A DNA stretch of 34,185 bases from a virus (taxonomy: Duplodnaviria; Caudoviricetes): positions 1 to 34,185 of the IMG/VR virus record IMGVR_UViG_3300020556_000014. One strand, 5' to 3'. Under the pieces are notes generated by a model, which made no database searches, was not told the DNA's origin, and saw only the letters and a program-made list of their open reading frames with translations. Numbering within the stretch: position 1 is the stretch's first letter; each line of letters begins with the position of its first letter. A program made the translations under genes and the position numbers. Of this stretch, positions 1 to 7,407 are shown one piece after another.

Positions 1-585
1 CCCGTCAATGTTTAACCCGCCAGTGCCAAAGGTCAGCACATTGTTGGCAACGGTGCCAATCAACGGCTTACGCGCTAGAACCATTGGTTCGTGCGCGGGC
101 TTTAGTGCGGTGCCCCAGCCTTGCCATTGCTTCGCTTCATCTGTAAATGGTGATTCCATTGGCGTTCTTTCATAATTTGGGCCACTCATTGCGCCATTTG
201 ATGTTGTTACCGCACCAGCTTTACCGCGCCAAATTCCCGCATCTTTATCTAGCGCCTTTGAGATGTTGTGCGACTTTGGAAACCCTGAACCATAAACCCA
301 CATAATCTGATCACGAATTTCAAAGCCCGCATCTTCAATCGCAACTGCCATTCGGTGATAAGTGCGCGAACCTGAAAAGGCAATCAGGTGACCGCCCGGC
401 TTTAACACTCGCAACGCCTCACGCCAAACTTCAACATTGAAAGCAATGCCACTTGAATCCCAACTCTTACCCATAAAGCCAAGCTCATAAGGTGGGTCGG
501 TGACGATGGAGTCAATTGAATCAGTTTCCATTGTTTTCATTACTTCAAGGCAATTGCCTTCAAATAAATTAAAGCGTTCGCTCAC
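1..585 (-). CDS. DNA methyltransferase (N6-adenine/N4-cytosine, beta class), N-terminal part; continues at 34178..33567 across the circular junction
   Basis: Not in the ORF track; translated by hand from GTG 585 (SD AAGGGGG): MSERFNLFEGNCLEVMKTMETDSIDSIVTDPPYELGFMGKSWD. Has the catalytic DPPY motif and later WGTALKPAHEP; open to position 1. Confidence 0.93.
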   Translation of the reverse strand, partial: MSERFNLFEGNCLEVMKTMETDSIDSIVTDPPYELGFMGKSWDSSGIAFNVEVWREALRVLKPGGHLIAFSGSRTYHRMAVAIEDAGFEIRDQIMWVYGSGFPKSHNISKALDKDAGIWRGKAGAVTTSNGAMSGPNYERTPMESPFTDEAKQWQGWGTALKPAHEPMVLARKPLIGTVANNVLTFGTGGLNIDG

Positions 586-612
586 ACTTCCCCCTTGTAA
601 ATTGTTATTGCC

Positions 613-677
613 GTGAAATGGTTGGAATCGAACCAACTGAAGGCGCTTCCCCCCGCCAACGCAAACCTGCCATTTCG
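613..677 (-). ncRNA. degenerate tRNA-like structure (T-arm plus acceptor stem)
   Basis: Perfect T-arm GTTGG-TTCGATT-CCAAC, closing stem GAAATG/CATTTC, inner hairpin GGCG-GGGGGAAG-CGCC; no canonical D-arm or CCA. Confidence 0.45.
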
Positions 678-713
678 TTCCCCGCCAACGACATTGAAAC
701 GGGGAGATTTAGT

Positions 714-1160
714 TTATTGCTTTTGTGCGCCTAATTGTGCCAAGAGTGCAGCAACTTCAGGTGTAATCCCCGCAGGTGAATCAACCACCGCAGGGGCAGG
801 GGTGTTGGCCCCGCCAATGAAAGCATTTGCTTTGGCAACTGCCGCGACATCGCCGGTGGCATCTAGCAGTATCCAGGGGGCCGACTTTCCCGGTTTTGCC
901 ACCCCGCTGGAAATACGGGCTAAAACTTTCTGCCCAACCTTTGCCTTGAGTGCGTTCTTGAGTGCGACATTGAAAAACAAAACATTGTTGTAAGTCTTGC
1001 TGTTATCAAGATCAACAAGGTTCACTTCAATTGCATCTGTTTCGCCGTGAACTGTTTGAATCCCAACTTTGTATTCAATTGGTTCGATGATTAGTAAAAA
1101 TCCTGCTAAGTCTGCGACCTTAACACTTTCGGTGGAGCTACTTGGTGCGCTGAATGTCAT
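714..1160 (-). CDS. putative single-stranded DNA-binding protein (actinophage type)
   Basis: Pattern DLAGFLLIIEP...VLARI..G.AKPGKSAPWIL with Ala/Pro-rich tail; located downstream of the Cas4-like exonuclease. Confidence 0.6.
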   Translation of the reverse strand: MTFSAPSSSTESVKVADLAGFLLIIEPIEYKVGIQTVHGETDAIEVNLVDLDNSKTYNNVLFFNVALKNALKAKVGQKVLARISSGVAKPGKSAPWILLDATGDVAAVAKANAFIGGANTPAPAVVDSPAGITPEVAALLAQLGAQKQ

Positions 1161-1303
1161 TTGACATCCCCCGTTTCTGTTTGGGTGTTGCTTGGTTGTT
1201 GGTTTTCCAACTCTATTGGTGGCTGAAGTTCAGCCAGTTCTTTTGCTATATCGTTGATTGTTTTTGCGGGAATCCCGCAGGCGCAACCATCAGTGCAGCA
1301 CAT
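1157..1303 (-). CDS. small Cys-rich hypothetical protein (48 aa, MCCTDGCACG...)
   Basis: Manual translation; coupled by TAATG and ATGA overlaps to both neighbours. Confidence 0.55.
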   Translation of the reverse strand: MCCTDGCACGIPAKTINDIAKELAELQPPIELENQQPSNTQTETGDVK

Positions 1304-1500
1304 TAGTAAAGTTCCTTTTCAATCGCTTGAATTGTTGGGCAATCGTATGTATTCATAAAACAAGCTACACAATTTGCCTCTCTGCCATTTATTTGCTGAT
1401 GCAATTCAACAACGGCACGAAGGGCTTTGTGCATACGCTCACCATTTGGGTCAGTATGCGGAGTGTAAGCCAATTTATTTAGCAATTCTTGATGTGTCAT
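1303..1500 (-). CDS. hypothetical protein with H/CxxC/C possible Zn site
   Basis: LRAVVELH...CVAC...YDCPTIQAI; ATGA overlap with the upstream ORF. Confidence 0.7.
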   Translation of the reverse strand: MTHQELLNKLAYTPHTDPNGERMHKALRAVVELHQQINGREANCVACFMNTYDCPTIQAIEKELY

Positions 1501-1613
1501 TCTTTTTCCTTTGACATTATTTTTGCAATAAGTCTGTTTTTCAAATACAAAAATAAAAGTATAGAAAGAACAATTATTGTAACGGCTGCTTGATTATTTA
1601 AGTTTATTGTCAT
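1497..1613 (-). CDS. small single-pass membrane protein (38 aa)
   Basis: ATG 1613 overlaps the exonuclease stop; hydrophobic AAVTIIVLSILLFLYL followed by basic residues. Confidence 0.55.
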   Translation of the reverse strand: MTINLNNQAAVTIIVLSILLFLYLKNRLIAKIMSKEKE

Positions 1614-2353
1614 TTGGCTTCCGTATCTCCATTGCAGGCAACGGATAAATCCGCGCTGAATGGTCTGAAATAAGGGCAATAATTGCAGTTGCGCGATGGC
1701 ACCGCAGGAATAACTGCCCACATCGTAGGTGATTTTTCAACATCAACTGTTGATAAAAGCTCATAAACATTATCTAGGCGTTGGAGTGCGCCTACGGCAA
1801 TTTGTTCATCGTAAGGATGAAGTTCAAGAAACATATCGGATATTTGGCCGCCAGTTGGGAGAAAGGCAAGCCCAACTTGCTTAACATCGTGGCCTTCTTG
1901 CGCCTTGCCGTAGGCGTACAACATAACCTGAATTATCTGTTGTTGGCTCGCACCGCTATTGCGCTTTTCTTTTACATTAGCGGGTGAGGTTGTTTTCCAA
2001 TCAATGACAATTCCGTTTTCCTTGTCGTAGAGATCAACTGTCCCGGAAAGGTTGGCACGAATCTTAACCTTACTCTCGACCTCAAAACGATCAGGAAACT
2101 TTGCAAAAATAGCCTCCAAGTGTGAGTGTATGGCCACGCCCACCTGAGCTGCCCAATTGCCCCCACTTGATTCATTCACCTTATCCCAATCAAGTAATTT
2201 GTAAGCCAATTTGCGGGTACATTCTTGCCCCACTTCACTTGGGCCAATGTAAACCTGCTGTGAACGCGGTGAATAAATACCCGCTTGGGTAATAATCTCA
2301 CCAAGTTCAATGGCTAACGCCTTGCTTGGAGTGTTCAAAGGTGTAAATGACAT
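1610..2353 (-). CDS. Cas4/RecB-like PD-(D/E)xK exonuclease
   Basis: GPSEVGQEC.RK, G.AIH, SGTVD...IDWKT, Q..LY and C-terminal CNYCPY...C cysteine cluster. Confidence 0.88.
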   Translation of the reverse strand: MSFTPLNTPSKALAIELGEIITQAGIYSPRSQQVYIGPSEVGQECTRKLAYKLLDWDKVNESSGGNWAAQVGVAIHSHLEAIFAKFPDRFEVESKVKIRANLSGTVDLYDKENGIVIDWKTTSPANVKEKRNSGASQQQIIQVMLYAYGKAQEGHDVKQVGLAFLPTGGQISDMFLELHPYDEQIAVGALQRLDNVYELLSTVDVEKSPTMWAVIPAVPSRNCNYCPYFRPFSADLSVACNGDTEAK

Positions 2354-2356
2354 CTC

Positions 2357-2674
2357 TTATTCATCATCTCTTACAACGGTGAATCGGCGGGTAGTTGAAA
2401 CTACTTCAAGCAAATCAATTACTTGAGCAGGCAGGATTTCTCGCGCCCGCTTAGTATCAAATCGCTTGCTCTCAACAACCGACCATCGAACGACAGGGCG
2501 ATTGCCAAACATCCCAACTTGAGAATCGCCAAGGGCAGATTCTAAGTGTGAACGGGCAATGTCAGCTACCTCTTGCCATTCTTTAATCTTTGCTAACGCT
2601 GACTTGTATTGTTCAAGCCACGCATTTGCATCGGCATCAAAATCAACGATGCCTTTCTCTATTTCAACGGTCAC
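2357..2674 (-). CDS. hypothetical protein resembling the helical C-terminal region of phage recombination nucleases
   Basis: GTG 2674 with GGGG SD; motif VRWSVVESKRFDTK...RRFTV; adjacent to the exonuclease. Confidence 0.6.
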   Translation of the reverse strand: MTVEIEKGIVDFDADANAWLEQYKSALAKIKEWQEVADIARSHLESALGDSQVGMFGNRPVVRWSVVESKRFDTKRAREILPAQVIDLLEVVSTTRRFTVVRDDE

Positions 2675-2691
2675 TTTAACCCCCAAAGTTT

Positions 2692-3123
2692 TTAGTACCA
2701 TTTTTTTATTTTAAAATGTTGCCAGGCAGCGCAGGGGCCACCCGAACCATATTTTCTGCCAATGTAAGCAAGGGCAGCAACGGTTTGGGCAACTTCAGAT
2801 GAACTCCGCTTTAGCCCAAGGTTTCTATAAGTTGAATCTAACAATTGCCCAACACCTGATGCTGAACTTGTTGGATTCTTTTTATCTTTCCAAGCGGATT
2901 CCTTACCCATAAGGGCTGTGAAACACTTGAAATCTTTTTTAGTAAGTAGCTCGCGGGCGAGTTCCTTGTGATTAACCTGCATCAAAATCGGCAATTCTTT
3001 GTAAATGACCGATTGAGGAATTGCAGGTGTTGGATTTACTGCTTGAACCAATAGTGAAGTCACTGTGCTAACCACCAATATAAGGGCGATTCGGTTAATG
3101 ACTCTTTTTGTGTTTGGTTTGAT
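2692..3123 (-). CDS. secreted lytic transglycosylase-like (lysozyme fold) protein
   Basis: C...L..KESAW, SSASGVGQLL, AYI..KYG..PC.AW motifs; hydrophobic N-terminus. Start uncertain: TTG 3078 or ATC 3123. Confidence 0.75.
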   Translation of the reverse strand: MKPNTKRVINRIALILVVSTVTSLLVQAVNPTPAIPQSVIYKELPILMQVNHKELARELLTKKDFKCFTALMGKESAWKDKKNPTSSASGVGQLLDSTYRNLGLKRSSSEVAQTVAALAYIGRKYGSGGPCAAWQHFKIKKWY

Positions 3124-3530
3124 TGGATTGCTCCTTCTCTAGCTGCCTTCGCAAGTTGTGCTGAAACCTTGTAAACATATTGGCTCGAACATTCAACTGT
3201 GATGGCAATTTCGTTGGCGCTTTTGTTTTCCCATAACATCTGATGAATCATAATTGCTTTTTTAGATATTACAGTTCGCCGGCTTTTGCGGTTAATACTT
3301 TGCCGTTGATCGGCTGTGTACCCGCCCCAAAATCCGTAAACAATTCGCTTGTCAAGTGCGTACTCCAAACATTCCTCTCTATGAATACAACTCCCGCAGA
3401 TTTGCTTGAGTCGGGGCAGGCGTTCTGCCTCATCGTGCTTCGTATCTGGAAAAAAATAATCTTTATCCTCAACTTTTGCACATTGGGCTTCGGTAAACTT
3501 GGGTGAATCGCTGAAAATGTCAAAGTTCAT
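3060..3530 (-). CDS. whiB: WhiB-family Fe-S transcription factor with C-terminal HTH-like extension
   Basis: Four Cys (C...FFP...CGSCIHREEC) and GFWGG motif. Confidence 0.93.
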   Translation of the reverse strand: MNFDIFSDSPKFTEAQCAKVEDKDYFFPDTKHDEAERLPRLKQICGSCIHREECLEYALDKRIVYGFWGGYTADQRQSINRKSRRTVISKKAIMIHQMLWENKSANEIAITVECSSQYVYKVSAQLAKAAREGAIQSNQTQKESLTESPLYWWLAQ

Positions 3531-3880
3531 CTCCTAGTTCCGTAGCCTGCTTCTCGAAGTAAATTGGTAATTTGTTCTAGCGACATAATCGCCCACCAAT
3601 TCGCGGTGTTGGTGACACCAACGCCGTTAGGTTTTACAACTAAAACGCCAAAGTCTGCTTTAGCGTTCTTGGTTTCCTGTTCGGTTTCTTTTAACCAAGC
3701 AGGAATCTTATATGTTTTGTGATTCTTAACTTCCCAAGCCAAGGCAGGGGTGCCTGTTATATCGCCAAGATCAAGTGCGCCATTAAGCGCCCTTCTTTCG
3801 GCGTAGGGGAAACCGTTATCAATTAAGAATTTGACAACGGCTGTTTCCGCTGAGGTTCCCTTTGCTTTGGCTTTTGACAT
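3527..3880 (-). CDS. Holliday junction resolvase (PD-(D/E)xK)
   Basis: KAKGTSAE...AERR...GDI...EVKN pattern. Confidence 0.85.
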   Translation of the reverse strand: MSKAKAKGTSAETAVVKFLIDNGFPYAERRALNGALDLGDITGTPALAWEVKNHKTYKIPAWLKETEQETKNAKADFGVLVVKPNGVGVTNTANWWAIMSLEQITNLLREAGYGTRR

Positions 3881-3963
3881 TAAATCTCACCTTCATTGCG
3901 GGCAAAAATGCCAACAATTGAAATCACGCAAATAATCATTACAACTAGAGCTAACCAAAACAT
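3880..3963 (-). CDS. tiny membrane protein (27 aa)
   Basis: MFWLALVVMIICVISIVGIFARNEGEI; SD AAAGGA; TAATG coupling to the resolvase. Confidence 0.5.
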   Translation of the reverse strand: MFWLALVVMIICVISIVGIFARNEGEI

Positions 3964-4031
3964 TTGGCGTTTTCCTTTCCGTTCAAGGTCAAGGGTGACA
4001 CACGCTACACCATAAACCTGATCGCGACACG

Positions 4032-4604
4032 CTAACGGCTAAATTGAATCTCAACCTGAAATGGTGCCGAAGTGTTCACATCAAACTTAGCTGAAAGCAC
4101 TAGGGCAGTTTTGATGGCGTTGGTGGCGGTGTCAATGTTCATTCTTTCGCCTACCGCTTCGCTGTAAACATCAGCCATTGAGGTTAAGTAGCTGATAGCG
4201 TAGGGGCTGCCCGACCCAATGCCGTAGGTGAAGTCTTGCGATTGGGAGATTCCTAGATCATTGCCGATTTCAAAGATGTTGCCATTAAAGGCAAGCAAGT
4301 AGGCAAAGCTCGCGCCTTCTTTTTGGTAATCGTAGCCATTGTCTTTGAACGCCTTGATGATGCTCGGAATTACCTTTTTACCCATAAACATCACGGGGTC
4401 TGTGCCATCGTATAGGGGCGGCTTCCAATTATAGGCAAGCACATCGCCAGGTCGCACATCGCCACATACGCCTAAGAGGTACTTGCCAACCTTTACGATT
4501 TTGGGCGTTGAAGGCGAAATGATGCGTTTGTCACCATCGGTGATTTGGCTGTCAGCTCCAAGGATGGCAAAGCCTTTGCCCTGATAAGCCGCGATCGTGG
4601 TCAT
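4032..4604 (-). CDS. Ntn-hydrolase proteasome-beta/HslV-like peptidase
   Basis: N-terminal MTT nucleophile, GADSQ, conserved Lys (PKI), GIGSGS motif. Confidence 0.85.
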   Translation of the reverse strand: MTTIAAYQGKGFAILGADSQITDGDKRIISPSTPKIVKVGKYLLGVCGDVRPGDVLAYNWKPPLYDGTDPVMFMGKKVIPSIIKAFKDNGYDYQKEGASFAYLLAFNGNIFEIGNDLGISQSQDFTYGIGSGSPYAISYLTSMADVYSEAVGERMNIDTATNAIKTALVLSAKFDVNTSAPFQVEIQFSR

Positions 4605-4699
4605 AGGGGCAATTCTACCCGTTTAAGGGGTATTTGTGGGGTGGGTAACAGGCGGGAGCAGGTTGGAAATAGGGCAAAAATAATTGCCAAAATGCTTGG

Positions 4700-4736
4700 G
4701 CGTGTCTTGACACCCTGTCGCGACAGATGCTAATTT
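4700..4736 (+). promoter_or_regulatory. sigma70/SigA-type promoter with palindromic operator in the spacer
   Basis: TTGACA (4707-4712), 18-nt spacer, TGc-TAATTT (4731-4736); perfect palindrome CTGTCGCGACAG at 4715-4726. Confidence 0.75.
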
Positions 4737-4775
4737 TCTCTTATGGGGAACGGCCCCAAAGGAAGAAGGATTTAA

Positions 4776-4931
4776 ATGTTAAAGTGCCAAATCTGCGCAG
4801 CAAGAGTTGATGTTCTAGCTCACCAAATTCGCGGTTCTGTTGAAGTAACTGTTTGCCTTGATTGCGCAAATCGTTACTACCAAGATCAATTAACAAAAAC
4901 TTTAATTGCTAACGAAAAGGCGGTTGCATAA
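4776..4931 (+). CDS. small zinc-finger protein (51 aa, CxxC...CxxC)
   Basis: Manual translation MLKCQIC...VCLDC; SD AAGGA. Confidence 0.7.
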   Translation: MLKCQICAARVDVLAHQIRGSVEVTVCLDCANRYYQDQLTKTLIANEKAVA

Positions 4932-5137
4932 TGACTACGCAACTTTGGATTCAAGATACAACAGGCGAAGTTACCTGCAAAGATCACGCAGGACATTATT
5001 TGAAATCAGCAATTGTTGCTAACCCAAAGCGCATCAGTTATTGGACAGAACTTGGCACTTGGGATTCTTACTACACTCACCTTCTCGGTGGCGAAAATCT
5101 ACGATGCGAAACTTGCAAAGAATTGGCGGTTGCATAA
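4931..5137 (+). CDS. hypothetical protein, possible Zn binding (CxxH...CxxC)
   Basis: ORF track; TAATG coupling at both ends. Confidence 0.7.
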   Translation: MTTQLWIQDTTGEVTCKDHAGHYLKSAIVANPKRISYWTELGTWDSYYTHLLGGENLRCETCKELAVA

Positions 5138-5265
5138 TGACAATTTACTACTGCATTTTTTGCGATAACAAGGTTGCTGATCGCATCTGCCTGAACTGCA
5201 ACGAATACAAGGGCGTTGTTCCTCAAGCCGAATATGAGCAATTTCAACAAGAAATAGGTGCCTAA
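5137..5265 (+). CDS. small zinc-ribbon protein (42 aa)
   Basis: MTIYYCIFC...CLNCNEYKG; TAATG coupling. Confidence 0.7.
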   Translation: MTIYYCIFCDNKVADRICLNCNEYKGVVPQAEYEQFQQEIGA

Positions 5266-5450
5266 TGTCTGCTATGAAATCGCTTTACCTTGACCTAACA
5301 ACAGGCGTTGCCGAAGTAAGCCAAACCCTTGAAGAAGGATTTGATTTACAAAATGCCACCTTTGAAACAATAGATTTGGCACTTTGCCAATCAATCATCA
5401 AGTTATCTGAAATGCGCAACACTCTAAAAGAATTGGGAGCAGTAAAATGA
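5265..5450 (+). CDS. hypothetical protein
   Basis: ORF track; translationally coupled to both neighbours. Confidence 0.7.
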   Translation: MSAMKSLYLDLTTGVAEVSQTLEEGFDLQNATFETIDLALCQSIIKLSEMRNTLKELGAVK

Positions 5451-5593
5451 GAATGACCCGCAAATGGCGTTTAGTTAGAACTGCCTTGATCATCGTAGGC
5501 GTTTGGTTAGTAATTGAGATCGCAAAGAACCTTTGGTGGACATCGGAAGGTTACTGTTGGGGCGATGCCGTCAAGTGTGTGGGTGGTCTGTAA
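5447..5593 (+). CDS. small membrane protein (48 aa)
   Basis: MRMTRKWRLVRTALIIVGVWLVIEIAKNLWWTSEGYCWG...; ATGA and TAATG overlaps. Confidence 0.65.
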   Translation: MRMTRKWRLVRTALIIVGVWLVIEIAKNLWWTSEGYCWGDAVKCVGGL

Positions 5594-5718
5594 TGGTTAC
5601 CCCGCAACGCTCAATTCGAATCAATGAAGAACTTTGGCGTGCTGCCAAAGAAAAAGCTGAAAGCGAAGGCAAGAACATCAGCGAAGTGATTGTTGCTTAC
5701 TTGAAAGATTACGCCTAG
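5593..5718 (+). CDS. ribbon-helix-helix (Arc/CopG-like) DNA-binding protein (41 aa)
   Basis: RSIRI strand, then NEELWRAAKEKAESEG and NISEVIVAYL helices. Confidence 0.8.
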   Translation: MVTPQRSIRINEELWRAAKEKAESEGKNISEVIVAYLKDYA

Positions 5719-5727
5719 TTAAAAGGC

Positions 5728-5767
5728 GAAAGAACCCCCAACAGGAACGGCTGTTGGGGGTTCTTTC
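5728..5767. terminator. likely bidirectional terminator between convergent operons
   Basis: Perfect 17-bp stem GAAAGAACCCCCAACAG/CTGTTGGGGGTTCTTTC with loop GAACGG. Confidence 0.85.
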
Positions 5768-5787
5768 TTGGGGGTGCGGTGAACGCA

Positions 5788-6054
5788 CTAAATCTCTGTT
5801 ATAGCAAAAATCTGTTCGTAGGTGTCAGCAAATAGTTTGACATATCTTGGCAATGAGTCGGACAAATTACCTGTTCGGTTCTTGTCCAATATGTAGCTGA
5901 CATCGGCATCATCATAAGCGTTACGCATTGAATTGTTGGCATCTAGGATAAACAACAAGTCATAATCATCAGGCAACAGGTTAAACATCTCCTGCAATAC
6001 CGCCGCCTGTTGAGGTTGCCCTTGTGAGGCAACTAGAAAAAGAATCTTATTCAC
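5788..6054 (-). CDS. hypothetical protein resembling a truncated GT-A glycosyltransferase N-terminus
   Basis: ILFLVASQGQP...DLLFILDAN pattern; ends before any DxD motif; GTG 6054 overlaps the upstream gene. Confidence 0.45.
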   Translation of the reverse strand: MNKILFLVASQGQPQQAAVLQEMFNLLPDDYDLLFILDANNSMRNAYDDADVSYILDKNRTGNLSDSLPRYVKLFADTYEQIFAITEI

Positions 6055-6313
6055 GATGGGCAATCTCCCCGGCAATGGCGAAGTAGGCGGCGCCATCAAT
6101 GAAGGAATCTAAATGATCAGGTGACTCAATTAACCTGGCAACCTTGACCAACGCCAACATAATCGCGGCTTGGGCGGGAGTAACTGGCGCTTCAAGATAC
6201 ACCGACCAAAGCGCCGCAATGCGTTGATGATTTGTTAGTGGGTCACCATAGTTTTTATTTCGATCACCGTGTGTGAGGCGTGAAGCCTCTTGAAGAATAT
6301 CCCCCCGGAGCAT
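6047..6313 (-). CDS. DUF6378-like (dNTP pyrophosphohydrolase-related) phage protein
   Basis: ILQEA...GDR...YGDP..N..RIA.LWS.YL...KVAR...DS..D.AAY signature. Confidence 0.8.
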   Translation of the reverse strand: MLRGDILQEASRLTHGDRNKNYGDPLTNHQRIAALWSVYLEAPVTPAQAAIMLALVKVARLIESPDHLDSFIDGAAYFAIAGEIAHRE

Positions 6314-6321
6314 TTGTTTTC

Positions 6322-7386
6322 CTATTCTGTCGGTTCTTGGCTTGCGCTTAATTTGTAAAACTTAACATTCTCTTTAAGCCTATCAATCCACGGCGCTAAA
6401 GCTACTGCCCTTTCACCGTGTTCAAGTGCCTCTTTTGGTTTGTCTAGGTTGTGGCACGCAATCGCAATTAGATCGTGTGGCAGGTATCCCCAAGCATCTG
6501 ACTCTACAAGATACTCTAGTGGTTGCTGCGTTATTCTCAATGCGGCGTGGGCGTGGGCGTAAGAATCTAGCCATAAGCCCTTTGAATAGTAATGTTGGGC
6601 GAGATCAACCCTTGGTTCTCGACTGCCTGGCGATTCTGCGATGGCTTTAAGTAGCCAAGATTCGCGTTCGGATTCATCCATTTTGGCTAAATAGCGCATT
6701 GAGGCAGCCCGTTCAGGTTTCCAAACTGCCTTTGGCAACTCTAAATGGCGTTTGAACTCTTGTATTGCCTCTGTGTATTTATTGTGAAAGAACAGTTCTC
6801 TTGCGTTGTAAAAGCAATTTCTATCATCTGTTGAATCTTCAAGCACCGATTGGGCGAGCAGTTCAAAATACTGACCCCTTGATTTTGTATCATCAGGGTG
6901 ATGATGGATTTCTAGCTTTGTCCAGGCTTGAACTTCGTTTGCTTTACAAGTCAAAACTTCGTGAACAGGGTGCTTCCACCGGTAATTCTTGCGGGCGTGA
7001 ATCTTATCCCCGCCATAAACTAAGCCAGGTGAGCCATCAGGGTTCCAACTCCAAGTGTATTTATACCTTGGGCGAGTAACTTGGGCTTCCAAAGACTCTA
7101 ATTCCTTGCGCCAGCCTGGTTGAAGTTGCTCATCCATATCGAGAGCAATGCAGTAGTCAATGTCAAGTGGGATTGCGGCAAGGGATGCGTTGCGGGCATC
7201 GTCAAAGCGCCACGGGCTAATGCCAATGTTGATAACGCTGATGCCAAGGGCGGTTGCCAGTTCAACGGTTTTATCTGTCGAACCAGTGTCGGCAATGAGC
7301 AAGAAGTCCGCATCTTTGGCAGAGTCATACCAACGCTGAACGAACTGTTCTTCGTTTAGCGCAATTGTGTAGATTGCTATTTTCAC
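6322..7386 (-). CDS. family 2 glycosyltransferase with C-terminal TPR-like repeats
   Basis: IALNEE, DTGSTDKT, FDDARN, LDMDE (DxD), W..PVHE, then helical TPR-like region. Confidence 0.92.
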   Translation of the reverse strand: MKIAIYTIALNEEQFVQRWYDSAKDADFLLIADTGSTDKTVELATALGISVINIGISPWRFDDARNASLAAIPLDIDYCIALDMDEQLQPGWRKELESLEAQVTRPRYKYTWSWNPDGSPGLVYGGDKIHARKNYRWKHPVHEVLTCKANEVQAWTKLEIHHHPDDTKSRGQYFELLAQSVLEDSTDDRNCFYNARELFFHNKYTEAIQEFKRHLELPKAVWKPERAASMRYLAKMDESERESWLLKAIAESPGSREPRVDLAQHYYSKGLWLDSYAHAHAALRITQQPLEYLVESDAWGYLPHDLIAIACHNLDKPKEALEHGERAVALAPWIDRLKENVKFYKLSASQEPTE

Positions 7387-7407
7387 TTACTTCCCCCTTG
7401 GTGGTAC

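Noticed and set aside
613-993. 126-aa plus-strand ORF and similar antisense ORFs across the structural genes
   Set aside because: Antisense to well-supported genes, with no recognisable motifs.
1610-2353. CRISPR-Cas system
   Set aside because: Solo Cas4-like exonuclease in a recombination module; no repeat-spacer array or other cas genes seen.
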